Positions 37,023 to 47,750 of a DNA stretch of 64,000 nucleotides are shown piece by piece (positions within the stretch are counted from its first letter, which is position 1; every line of letters starts with the position of its first letter). The notes beneath the pieces are model-generated. The model searched no databases. It saw only the letters and a program-made list of their open reading frames with translations, and was not told the DNA's origin. Location: assembly GCF_036365525.1 (NCBI RefSeq), contig NC_090385.1, positions 62,380,170 through 62,444,169 of the forward strand. The letters are read 5' to 3'. Made by a program: the position numbers and the translations under genes. The DNA comes from Heterodontus francisci. Taxonomy: Eukaryota.

Positions 37023-37671
37023 CCCTGCTCTCATGCTCACATCTCTGTCCTGGGATTGCTGCAGTGTTCCAGTGAACATCAACGCAAGCTCGAGGAACAG
37101 CATCTCATCTACCGATTAGGCACACTACAGCCTGCCGGACTGAACATTGAGTTCAATAATTTCAGAGCATGACAGCCCCCCACTTTACTTTCATTTTTAG
37201 TCATTTTTAGTTATTTTTTCTTTTTTTTTGCATTCCTTTTTACATTTTTTGCATTTATTTCATTTCATCTTAGTTTGTTCAGTTTGCTTACCCACTGTTT
37301 TTTTCAGGTTGTTTTTCTTCAGGTTTGCACTTGCTGATGTTCTATATTCAGTATATTCACACCTAATCTGTACTAATGCTTTGTCTTTCAAAACACCATT
37401 AACATATTGTTTGCCTTTGCTCTGTGACCTTTTGGTCAGCTATGTGGCCTGGTCCAATCTGCACCTTCTCCTTTGTTATCTCTTGCCCAACCCCCACCTC
37501 ACTTGTTTATAATCTGTGACTTTTCTAATATTTGTCAGTTCCGAAGAAGGGTCACTGACCCGAAACGTTAACTCTGCTTCTCTTTCCACAGATGCTGCCA
37601 GACCTGCTGAGTGAATCCAGCATTTCTTGTTTTTGTTTCAGATTTCCAGCATCCGCAGTATTTTGCTTTTA
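37023..37671 (+). mobile_element. Penelope-like element 3' end (GIY-YIG C-terminus and pLTR/3'UTR)
   Basis: SHAHISVLGLLQCSSEHQRKLEEQHLIYRLGTLQPAGLNIEFNNFRA*; tail cagatgctgccagacctgctgagt...tccagcatt. Confidence 0.85.
37537..37573 (+). ncRNA. Minimal type I hammerhead ribozyme-like motif in Penelope pLTR
   Basis: Stem I AGTT/AACT, core CCGAAGA (U4->C variant of CUGANGA), extra A, stem II GGGTC-ACT-GACCC, GAAA, palindromic AACGTT stem III. Confidence 0.6.
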
Positions 37672-37761
37672 TATGAGAAGTAGGGGAGTTCTATTTTAAG
37701 AAATGGACTTTGGGTACCTAATTTATATGTTCAAAATTTCTGGACAATTTTGTCTCAACTT

Positions 37762-38887
37762 AGGAACATAGGAACAGGAATAAGCCATTCGGTCCTTTGA
37801 GCCTGCTCTGCCATTCAATAAGCTGATCTGGTTGTGGTCTCAACTCCACTTTCCTGTCTCACCCATGACCCTTAACTCCCTTGTCTATGAACAAACTGTT
37901 TAACCCAGCCTTGAATAAATTCAATGACCCAGCCTCCATTGCTTTCTGGGGAAGAGAATTCCACAGACTAACGACCCTCTGAGCAAAAAAAATTCTCATC
38001 TCTGTCGTAAAAAGCAGATCTCTTATTCTTAAACTGTGTTCCCTAGTACTAGTCTCCTCCACAAGAGGAAACATCCTCCCGGTATCCACCCTATCAAGTC
38101 CCCTCAGGAGCTTATAAGTGTCAATAAGATCACCTCTCATTCTTCTAAACTCCAATGGATTTAGACACAACCTGTTCAACCTTTGTTCATAAGATCCCCG
38201 GAATGAGCCCGAGTGAAACTTCTCTGAACTGCTTCTAAAATGCAATTATATCCTTTTTCAAAAAGGGAGACCAAAACTGTACACAGTACTCCAGATGTGG
38301 TCTCACCAAGGTCCTGTACAGTTGCAGTAAAACTTGCCTACTTTTATACTCTATTTTCCCTAGCAATATATGCCAACATTCCATTTGCCTTCCTAATCAC
38401 TCGCTGTACCTGCATGCTAACCTTTTGTGATTCATTTATCGGGACATCCAGATCCCTCTGTACCACCAAGTTCTGCAGTTTCCCTCCGTTTAAATAATAT
38501 ACAGCTTTTCCATTCTTCCTGCCAAAGTAGACAAGTTCACATTTTCCCACATTATATCCCATCTGCCAAATTTTTGCCCACTCACTAAACCTATCTATAT
38601 CCTTTTGTAGACTCTTAACCTTCTCTTGACAACTTACTTTCCTTCCTATCTTGGTGTCATTAGCAAATTTAGCTACCATTAATGTGGTCCCTTCATCCAA
38701 GTCACTGATATAAATTGTAAATAGTTGAGGCCTCAGCACTGATCCCTGTGGCACTCCACGAGTTACAGCTTGCCAACCTGAAAAATACCCATTTATCCCT
38801 ACTCTCTGCTTCCTGTTAGCTAACCAGGCCTTTATCCATGCTAATATGTTATCCCCTACACCATGTACTTTTACTTTGTGTAGTAAA
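37762..38887 (-). mobile_element. Older CR1 LINE 3' part (resumes at ~40890-41090)
   Basis: ORFs 38344..38754 (PQGSVLRPQLFTIYISDL..KFANDTK) and 37859..38245; (aggaacat)n tail. Confidence 0.88.
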
Positions 38888-40613
38888 TTAGAATTAGAAC
38901 ATTACAGCGCAGTACAGGCCCTTCGGCCCTCGATGTTGCGCCGAACTGTGAAACCATCTGACCTACACTATTCCATTTTCATCCACATGTCTATCCAATG
39001 ACCACTTAAATGCCCTTAAAGTTGGCGAGTCTACTACTGCTGCAGGCAGGGCGTTCCACGCCCCTACTACTCTCTGAGTAAAGAAACTACCTCTGACATC
39101 TGTCCTATATCTATCACCCCTCAACTTAAAGCTATGTCCCCTCGTGTTTGCCATCACCATCCGAGGAAAAAGACTCTCACTATCCACCCTATCTAACCCT
39201 CTGATTATCTTATATGTCTCTATTAAGTCACCTCTCCTCCTCCTCCTCTCCAACGAAAACAACCTCAAGTCCCTCAGCCTTTCCTCGTAAGACCTTCCCT
39301 CCATACCAGGCAACATCCTAGTAAATCTCCTCTGCACCCTTTCCATAGCTTCCACATTCTTCCTATAATGCGGTGACCAGAACTGTACGCAATACTCCAG
39401 GTGCGGTCTCACCAGAGTTTTGTACAGCTGCAGCATGACCTTGTGGCTCCGAAACTCGATCCCCCTACTAATAAAAGCTAACACACCATATGCCTTCTTA
39501 ACAGCCCTATTAACCTGGGTAGCAACCTTCAGGGATTTGTGCACCTGGACACCAAGATCTCTCTGTTCATCTACACTACCAAGCATCTTCCCATTAGCCC
39601 AGTACTCTGCATTCCTGTTACTCCTTCCAAAGTGAATCACCTCGCACTTTTCTGCATTAAACTCCATTTGCCATCTCTCAGCCCAGCTCTGCAGCCTATC
39701 TATGTCCCTCTGTACCCTACAACATCCTTCGGCACTATCCACAACTCCACCGACCTTAGTGTCATCCGCAAATTTACTAACCCACCCTTCTACACCCTCT
39801 TCCAGGTCATTTATAAAAATGACAAACAGCAGTGGCCCCAAAACAGATCCTTGCGGTACACCACTAGTAACTAAACTCCAGGATGAACATTTGCCATCAA
39901 CCACCACCCTCTGTCTTCTTTCAGCTAGCCAATTTCTGATCCAAAGCTCTAAATCACCTTCAACCCCATACTTCCGTATTTTCTGCAATAGCCTACCGTG
40001 GGGAACCTTATCAAACGCCTTACTGAAATCCATATACACCACATCCACTGCTTTACCCTCATCCACCTGTTTGGTCACCTTCTTGAAAAACTCAATAAGG
40101 TTTGTGAGGCACGACCTACCCGTCACAAAACCGTGCTGACTATCGCTAATGAACTTATTCTTTTCAAGATGATTATAAATCCTGTCTCTTATAACCTTTT
40201 CCAACATTTTACCCACAACCGAAGTAAGGCTCACAGGTCTATAATTACCAGGGCTGTCTCTACTCCCCTTCTTGAACAAGGGGACAACATTTGCTATCCT
40301 CCAGTCTTCCGGCACTATTCCTGTCGACAATGACGACATAAAGATCAAGGACAAAGGCTCTGCAATCTCCTCCCTAGCTTCCCAGAGAATCCTGGGATAT
40401 ATCCCATCTGGCCCAGGGGACCTATCTATTTTCACACTTTCCAAAATTGATAATACCTCCTCCTTGTGAACCTCAATCCCATCTAGCCTAGTAGCCTGAA
40501 TCTCAGTATTCTCCTCGACAACATTTTCTTTCTCTACTGTAAATACTGACGCAAAATATTCATTTAACACTTCCCCTACCTCCTCTGATTCCACACACAA
40601 CTTCCCACTACTA
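38888..40613 (-). mobile_element. Young 5'-truncated CR1 LINE with uninterrupted RT frame; probable TSD AGTAAA
   Basis: ORF 38963..40600 (545 aa): SPGPDGIYP, NYRPVSLTS, YMDFSKAFD, GVPQGSVLGP, FADD; (TTCTAA)n tail; AGTAAA at 38882-38887 and 40614-40619. Confidence 0.95.
38963..40600 (-). CDS. CR1 ORF2 reverse transcriptase (5'-truncated, no endonuclease domain)
   Basis: Complete RT motifs and native C-terminus without stops. Confidence 0.85.
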   Translation of the reverse strand: MCVESEEVGEVLNEYFASVFTVEKENVVEENTEIQATRLDGIEVHKEEVLSILESVKIDRSPGPDGIYPRILWEAREEIAEPLSLIFMSSLSTGIVPEDWRIANVVPLFKKGSRDSPGNYRPVSLTSVVGKMLEKVIRDRIYNHLEKNKFISDSQHGFVTGRSCLTNLIEFFKKVTKQVDEGKAVDVVYMDFSKAFDKVPHGRLLQKIRKYGVEGDLELWIRNWLAERRQRVVVDGKCSSWSLVTSGVPQGSVLGPLLFVIFINDLEEGVEGWVSKFADDTKVGGVVDSAEGCCRVQRDIDRLQSWAERWQMEFNAEKCEVIHFGRSNRNAEYWANGKMLGSVDEQRDLGVQVHKSLKVATQVNRAVKKAYGVLAFISRGIEFRSHKVMLQLYKTLVRPHLEYCVQFWSPHYRKNVEAMERVQRRFTRMLPGMEGRSYEERLRDLRLFSLERRRRRGDLIETYKIIRGLDRVDSESLFPRMVMANTRGHSFKLRGDRYRTDVRGSFFTQRVVGAWNALPAAVVDSPTLRAFKWSLDRHVDENGIV

Positions 40614-40890
40614 AGTAAAGCAGAGGTGGGGCAAGAGATAACAAAGTGGAAGGTGTAGATTGGACAAGGCCACAGAGGTCAGCTATTCTGTGGCCTTGTC
40701 CAATCTACACCTCCTTTGTTATCTCTTGCCCCACCCCTGCTTTACTTGCTTATAACCTTTGACATTTCCAATATTTGCTAGTTCCGAAGAAGGATCACTG
40801 ACCCGAAACGTTAACTCCGCTTCTCTCTCCACAGATGCTGCCAAACCTGCTGAGTATTTCCAGCAGCCGCAGTATTTTGCTTTTATTTTA
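40613..40890 (+). mobile_element. Penelope pLTR fragment with inverted 5' segment (hairpin) and second hammerhead-like motif (40780-40816)
   Basis: 40613-40676 is the reverse complement of 40687-40747; homologous to 37435-37671. Confidence 0.8.
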
Positions 40891-42114
40891 GTGTTTGACT
40901 CTGTCTAATCCCATTATGATTCTCTAAGTATCCTGCTATAACCTCCTTAGTAATGGGTTCTAGTAATTTCCCTGTAACAGATGTTAGGCTAACTGGCCTA
41001 TAGTTTCCTCCTTTCTTGAATAAAGCTGTTACATTTGCTATTTTCCAATCTGCTGGGACCCTTTCAGAATCTAAGGAATTTTGGATGAATTTTGACTTGT
41101 TGACAATGAAAAACTATAGTTAATTGTAGCTACCAGTTCCAGTCAGTCCTGTGCACACTGCCTGGCAGGAACTTCAGTTCTCTTTGCTGCCAGTAGTTAA
41201 AATATTTAAATTAGCTGTACACAGCTTTAAAAAATGTCACACTGGGGAGTCTCATATTATTTCAGAGTCAGTTTATGTCTCATATCTGAAATGATATTGA
41301 AACTTTAGCATTACTGTGAAGTTGCAGTATAAATGCACCTAGGTTTTTGGGATTTAAACAGAATATGGAAATGACAAAACCAACTGTTAGATGTAACTCT
41401 TATTTTTAATGTAAACATGGGAATCTGGCTCGAGCTCTGATGGTTATTGTGTCCCTAATTATGTAGATACTTAACAGTCTTGCATTTTGCATGAGATCAT
41501 TGCAACTCAAAGATATCACATGTGAAAATGTTACACACGCAAAATATGTGTCACATTTGCCACTGATTAGCTCAAATATCATACAGCAGGGTATTTTATT
41601 CTTTGGGGATCAATGCTTGCAATTGTAAAAATTAAAAGAGGATAATATTTCCACTTTTATTACTCAGACTAGGCATTCACAGGTTTGCTGTAGAATAGAG
41701 TTCTTTCTATTCTTTTCCAACAATGTATCTTTACTGTGAGCACAGAAAAATACCCTCTAATACATAAATTATCACCTCCCTTCAACTGTCCTTGTAAGCT
41801 CTCATTAAGATTGTCAGTTCAGTCCTAAAGGTGCCAGCATCCTGTCTGTCAACGGAGGAGAGTTTTCTCTCAGTTTGGGCTGGCTTCAAAAGCATGTTCC
41901 ATTGATGGATTGATCAGTTATTAGACTAGTTTAATAAGCTGGACACATTGGTATCTCTAATTGTGTGTGATTGCTGCCCGATATAGTTTTGATAAACAAA
42001 TACTTTCCATAAGGATCAACTTCTGCATTTAGAGGAACCAGAGGAAGTGAAACAATTGTATAAAAATGGAGAAAATGCCATATATGCCCTTTTTATTTTT
42101 TCAGGCACACTACA

Positions 42115-42172
42115 ATGTCTACCAAAGACCCCTGCCAGAAACAGGCCTGTGAAATACAGAAGTGTTTACAAG
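42115..42172 (+). CDS. CMC4: CMC4 (Cx9C motif protein 4, p8MTCP1) first coding exon: MSTKDPCQKQACEIQKCLQ
   Basis: tttttcag acceptor at 42103-42104, acaATG, 58 coding nt, AAG|GTGAAA donor; matches human MPQKDPCQKQACEIQKCLQ. Confidence 0.94.
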
Positions 42173-42713
42173 GTGAAATTTAGGATTTTTCCCATTTCCT
42201 TTAGTGTGCTTAGTTTGAAGCATCTCAATCTGACACTCATCCTATATCCTGTATCATAAATTAGTTTTAATCTTAGAGACAATAAGGTAATAGAGCTTGT
42301 TTTTTTTACTATTATTAAACAGCTTCACGTGATGTTTGAGATCTTATCACTACAACATGTAGATGATAGATTATAAAATAAATTCAGTTGTGCACTAGAA
42401 CATTGGGCTGATGTGAAGTTCAGCTTCCAACACTGAAACACAATTTCATACTTTTGTGCATTAATTACTGTTACAAAAAAACTGACTAAAAAAGGATGAT
42501 TATCAGCTTCCAAAAAGTTAATGAGACAAAGCACTTTTACACTTCATAATAGGAATTTGAATTTAGAAAAAGAAAGTGACCTTTGGAGTTTCCATAAACC
42601 AAGCAGACCATCACTTGCCTGAAAGTTACTTCAATAGGTACTCTAACATCCAATTCCCTTTCAGAGACACTACACCCAATTCAACTCCCCACCCATTCAA
42701 AGGCATTGCACCA

Positions 42714-43125
42714 GTAGCACAGTGGTAATGTTACTGGACTAGCAATCCAGAGGCCTGGACTAATGCTCTGGAGAGATGAGTTCAAATCGCACCACAGCAC
42801 AATTGAATTTAAATTCAATTAATTAATAAATCTTTATAAAATAATCATGAAACTATTGGATTGCTGTAATGTCCTTTAGGGGACAAAATCATTCTTATCT
42901 GGTCTAGCCTACATGTGACTCCAGATCCATAAGACTCTTAACTGCTCTGTGAAATGGCGTAGCAATTAACAGTTATATCAGATCATTACAGAGACACTGT
43001 GGATGTACCTACACCACATGAACTGCAGCAGTTCAACAAGGCGGCTCATCACCACCTTCTCAAGGCAATTGGGGATAGTTAATAAATGCTGGTGTTGCCT
43101 GCAATGCTCACATCCCAAGCATTAA
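42714..43125 (+). mobile_element. tRNA-derived SINE sharing its tail with the LINE at 45310-47750
   Basis: TAGCACAGTGGTAATG A box, GAGTTCAAATC B box; tail ggctca.caccaccttctcaagg.caatt.gggat..aataaatgctgg. Confidence 0.7.
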
Positions 43126-44419
43126 TGAAATATATATTTTTTTAATTCTCACTTGTTCAGATGCACACTTCTCCCTCTCCCCATCAGTTAAACCTGGCAC
43201 TCTTCCTCCCCAACCCAGTTGACCCAGTACTTTTCTTCCATTTCCCCAGTTAAAGATGTCACACCCCCACACCTCTCAACCCACGTTCATCTGACACTCT
43301 ATCCCATCCCCCAGTTCATGCTGGCACTCTATCCTAGCTCCCTGTCTGTTATTTCTGGCTATTTCCTTCCTTTCCTACCCCAAAGCACTAGTCTCAGTTG
43401 CTTCCCCTTTTCCTCTAGTAACATTCCCTGTCCCTTTCTATTCCACCTGCTCCTACCAGCATTGGTTAACTAATTCCTGCCTACTGTGTACAAAGGCTGC
43501 AACCTCAGAGTGATGGGAATGGAACAAGGAGAAGGCATGAACTTGTTCAGATGCATTTGCTACAGTTCTCGGGAGGGGAGAGAAAAGAGCCTAGTTGTGC
43601 TGATTTTTGTCAGCAAGCACTGATGGTTGGCATGTATGAGATACATTGGGAGAGATGATTCATTAGTCACCCATTATACTTTCTATTTGGCATATCCTAT
43701 ATTGCTTAGTATAACTCATAATTTTATGTCCTCTAGGGTGTTATCTTTATTTTTCCTCCAAATTCCAGCCACTTTTCTCCCCTTTCATGTCTTTATCAGG
43801 CTGTGAATCTCCTGCAACTTAGACCTGCTTCCAGGTCAGTAGCTTGGAGAAGTTATGGGCCGGATAAGTTAAGTAGACTGTTATTATCAGGATAGAGTGC
43901 CTTAATTGAGGCAGTATTTGGGACAGTATGATCAATCTGAGTAGCCATAGCTTACGAATGGGAAGGAAAAGTAAAATCAAGCACAGTTCTTGTTCCTAAT
44001 CTTTTCCTGCCCTCAACCAATATGCACATGCACACTTTCCAGGATCAGGCTTTGCTGTGATACTTCCCACAATTCAGAAGCTTGTCACAGAATATCTAGA
44101 CTCACAAACAAAGGCTGGCCACTTGAATCCATAGAACCATGAATAGTTGCCTTTAGAAGAGGAAAAAGAAACAAACGGCAAAAAGCACAAATGGTGCTGC
44201 AGTTTCAGGTCCATCAAGTTGTTCAGCACAGTAATTCTACTCCCCGAGAAGTTCCACCAATAATCAGCAGTAATTCCTGGAGGAAAGAGGTTTTCCCCTC
44301 TGTTTCTTGTCACCAAAGAGGACCAGCTGAGGTCAGTGGTAGAAGCTCGTATGAGAGCTGAACTGGTTGAACATCTCTGATAATGGAATGCTTCATACTT
44401 TTTCATGTTTCCTTTACAG

Positions 44420-44568
44420 CTCATCATTATCAGGAAAGCAAATGTCAGCATGTGATCCAAGAAATGCATAAGTGCTGTAGAACATATGCAAAGACATCAG
44501 TTTGCTGTTCAGGCTTTTTGAAAGAAGAAGAAAAGAAAAGCCTACAGATATCCACTCATTGCCAGTGA
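44420..44568 (+). CDS. CMC4: CMC4 last coding exon: (A)HHYQESKCQHVIQEMHKCCRTYAKTSVCCSGFLKEEEKKSLQISTHCQ*
   Basis: cctttacag acceptor, phase 1; twin CX9C pattern; 68 aa in total. Confidence 0.94.
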
Positions 44569-45309
44569 GTGAAAACCATTTGCTCATGCTTCACCTTTTC
44601 AGATTGCTAAGGTATTGCATAAGACTTTGACTCTTTAAGCCATGTCACTACTGACCACTTAGGATTGACAAGAAGATGTAACAAGTGCAGTGCTGTTCTG
44701 AAATCTACTTGCAGTCAAATATTAAACAAGAAGTGTACAGAATACCACAAAAATTGAATTGAATAATGTATTAAAATTTTAAACTTGACAATTTTCTGGC
44801 CATCAAATGTACATTATTTCTTTGTAAAATGTCATTAATAGTATCACAGTTATTTAATCCTATATTTTTTTAACAAGAGCATCCTAATGTTGGAAGCAAA
44901 CTCACTGTGTAGGATTTAGACCATTTAATTTATTGATTATAAAAGTGGGCAGGAATGCAGTACAAACCACCCTTCCGAATATACAAGAACATCTAAACCC
45001 TCAATTAATTAATGTTATTTGCTCCCTGTTAATTGGTCAGAAAGCCGAGATAAGCATTTACTAGCAGGAAACGTACTTGCCTCTTGTCTCCCTCCAGAGG
45101 CATTAAAGTACTTCACCAGCCCTCTAGTAAGATAGCCATCCAAAGTCACCAGCTAGTATGAAGTAATTATAGCAAGATGTTGAAGCAAGCATATTAACTG
45201 ATCTGTATCAGGACATTCAGTCCTGTTGAGAGTTTCCAGTTATCATAGAGTCATAACAGCACAAAAAGAGGCTATTTGGCACGTTGAGTCATTCATTCCT
45301 TAATTTCTT

Positions 45310-47750
45310 TTTTTATTTGTTCATGGGATACGGGCGTTATTGGCTAGGCCAGCATTTATTGCCCATCCCTATTTGCCTTTGAGAAGGTGGTGGTGAGCTA
45401 CCTTCTTGAACTGCTGCAGTCCGTGTAGGGTAGGTATACCAACAGTGCTGTGAGGAAAAGAGTTCCAGGATTTTGACCTAGTGACAGTGAAGGAACGGCG
45501 ATATAGTTCCGAGTCAGGATGGTGTGTGGCTTGGAGGGGAACTTGCAGGTGATGGTGTTCCCATGCATCTGCTGCCCTTGTCCTTCTAGGTGGTAGAGGT
45601 CACGGATTTAGAAGGTGCTATTGAAAGGGCCTTGGCGCATTGCTGCTGTAAACCGTGGCGCGGAGTCAACTCCCCCTTGGCCCCTTTATTCCCTTCACCC
45701 ACTTGATCCTGGCCGTCACGTGGGACTAAGTCTTCTTAATTCAGGCTCAGGCTGGGTGTTTGAGATATTGGGGTTACATGAGAGCCACCCTCCACCTAAT
45801 CCACCGGCTACGGTTAATGGCTTAGTACAAAGAGGAGGAAACTCAGTCCTTTCTTTAACTATCAATTTACTTTATTCACGTTGTTGTACAATGCAAGAAT
45901 AAGGCTTATACACTTGGTTAGACAAAAGCATGCAGCTCAAACTGGGGGTTATACAGTTAATAACAAAGCTAGCTAGAATCAATAAGCACACCCACTAGGT
46001 TCCTCTGACCTTGTCACAGAAAACAAAAGAGTAATACCCGAAAAAGGGGAGAGCTGACGCTGGCCAGGCGTTCCGTCCTCTCTCTCTCTTACGCCGTTGC
46101 CGTGTTGCTCACGCAGGGTCTTCCACTTCCGCGATGGTTGGTCTCCGGAGTTTCTTGCTGGTTCTATGCCTGAGATTCTCCATACTTATTCTCTTTATTA
46201 TCTCTTCAAACCTGTGCTGTCTCTTTCCTGTTGGTTTAGGCCTGCTCACCTCGTTCGTATCTTCTCCTTATTGGCCCAGGCCCAAAGACCCCAGTATCAG
46301 TGTCCAAATAAGGCTCTATTCCTGTGATCTCTCCTTTGTCTTTCACATAAATTAATTAGTTCAAACTGGTTTTTACCAGCACAGGCCAGTGTCTGAGCTC
46401 AGGTTACTTTAGTTCACAAGCAATCCAACAGTGTCTGAGCTCAGGTTACTTTAGTTCATGAGCTATGCAACAGTTTGTAACAGACTCTGTACTTGTTGCA
46501 GCCCCTGGCCAACACTGCAGTGCATCTTGTAGATGGTACACACTATGCGTCAGTGGTGGAGGGAGTGAATGTTTGTGGATGGGGTGCCAATGAAGCAGGC
46601 TGCTTTGTCCTGGATGGTGTCGAGCTTCTTGAGTGTCATTAGAGCTGCACCCATCCAGGCAAGTGGAGAATATTCCATCACACACTTGACTGTGCCTTGT
46701 AGATGGTGGACAGGCTTTGGGGAGCCATGAGGCGAGTTACCCGCTGCAGGATTCCTAGCCTCTGACCTGCTTTTATAGCCACGGTATTTATATGGCTACT
46801 CCAGTTCAGTTTCTGGTCAATGGTATCCCCCAGGATTCCATGATGGTAATGCCATTGAATGTCAAGGGGAGATGGTTAGATTCTCTCTTGTTGGAGATGG
46901 TCTTTGCCTGGATCTTGCCACTTATCAGCCCAAGCCTGGATATTGTCCAGGGCTTGCTGCACTTCTACACTTCAGTGGCTGAGGAGTCGTGAATGCTGCT
47001 CAACATTGTGCAATTATCTGCGAATATCACCACTTCTGACCTTATGATTGAAGGAAGGTCATTGATGAAGCAGCTGAAGATGGTTGAGCCGAGGACAGTA
47101 CCCTGAGGAATTTCTGGAGCTGAGTTGATTGATCTCCAACAACCACAACCATCTTCCTTTGCGCTAGGTATGACTCCAACTAGTGGAGAGTTTTCTCCGA
47201 TTCCCATTGACTCCAGTTTTGCTAGGGGTCCTTGATGTCAAGGGCAGTCACTCTAACCTCACCTCTTGAGTACAGCTCTTTTGTCTATGTTTGAACCAAG
47301 GCTGTAATGAGGTCAGCAGGAGCTGAGTGGCCTTGGTGAACCCAAACTGAGTGTCACTGAGCAGGTTATTGCTGAGTAAGTAGCACTTCATAGCACTGTC
47401 AATAACACCTTCAATCACTTTATTGATGATTGAAAGTAGACTGATGGGGTGGTAATTGGCCTTCTCCTGCTTTTTGTGTACAGGACATACCTGGGCGATT
47501 TTCCACATTGCCAGGTAGGTGCCAGTGTTGTAGCTGTACTGAAACAGCTTGGCTAGGGGTGCGGCAAGTTCTGAAGCACAGGTCTTCAGTACTATTGCTG
47601 GAATGTTGTCAGGATCCATAGCCTTTGCAGTATCCTGTGCCTTCAGTCATTTCTTGATATCACGCAGAGTGAATTGAAATGGTTGAAGACTGGCATCTGT
47701 GATGCTGGAGACTTCAGGAGGAGGCCGAGATGGATCATCCACTCTACTCT
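45310..47750 (-). mobile_element. CR1/L2-group LINE (ORF2 RT remnant and tail), interrupted by a solo LTR
   Basis: PDNIPAIVLKTCASELAAPLAKLFQYSYNTG, NYHPISLLS, PQGTVLGSTIFSCFINDL..IFADNCT. Confidence 0.85.
45647..46514. mobile_element. Solo LTR (868 bp) with 4-bp TSD CTGC
   Basis: TGT...ACA ends; CTGC at 45643-45646 and 46515-46518; removing it restores the LINE sequence ttgctgcagtgcatcttgtag. Confidence 0.85.

Noticed and set aside
39420-40469. Plus-strand ORFs overlapping the CR1 RT (likewise 56809..57608 on the minus strand)
   Set aside because: Antisense shadow frames of LINE ORF2.
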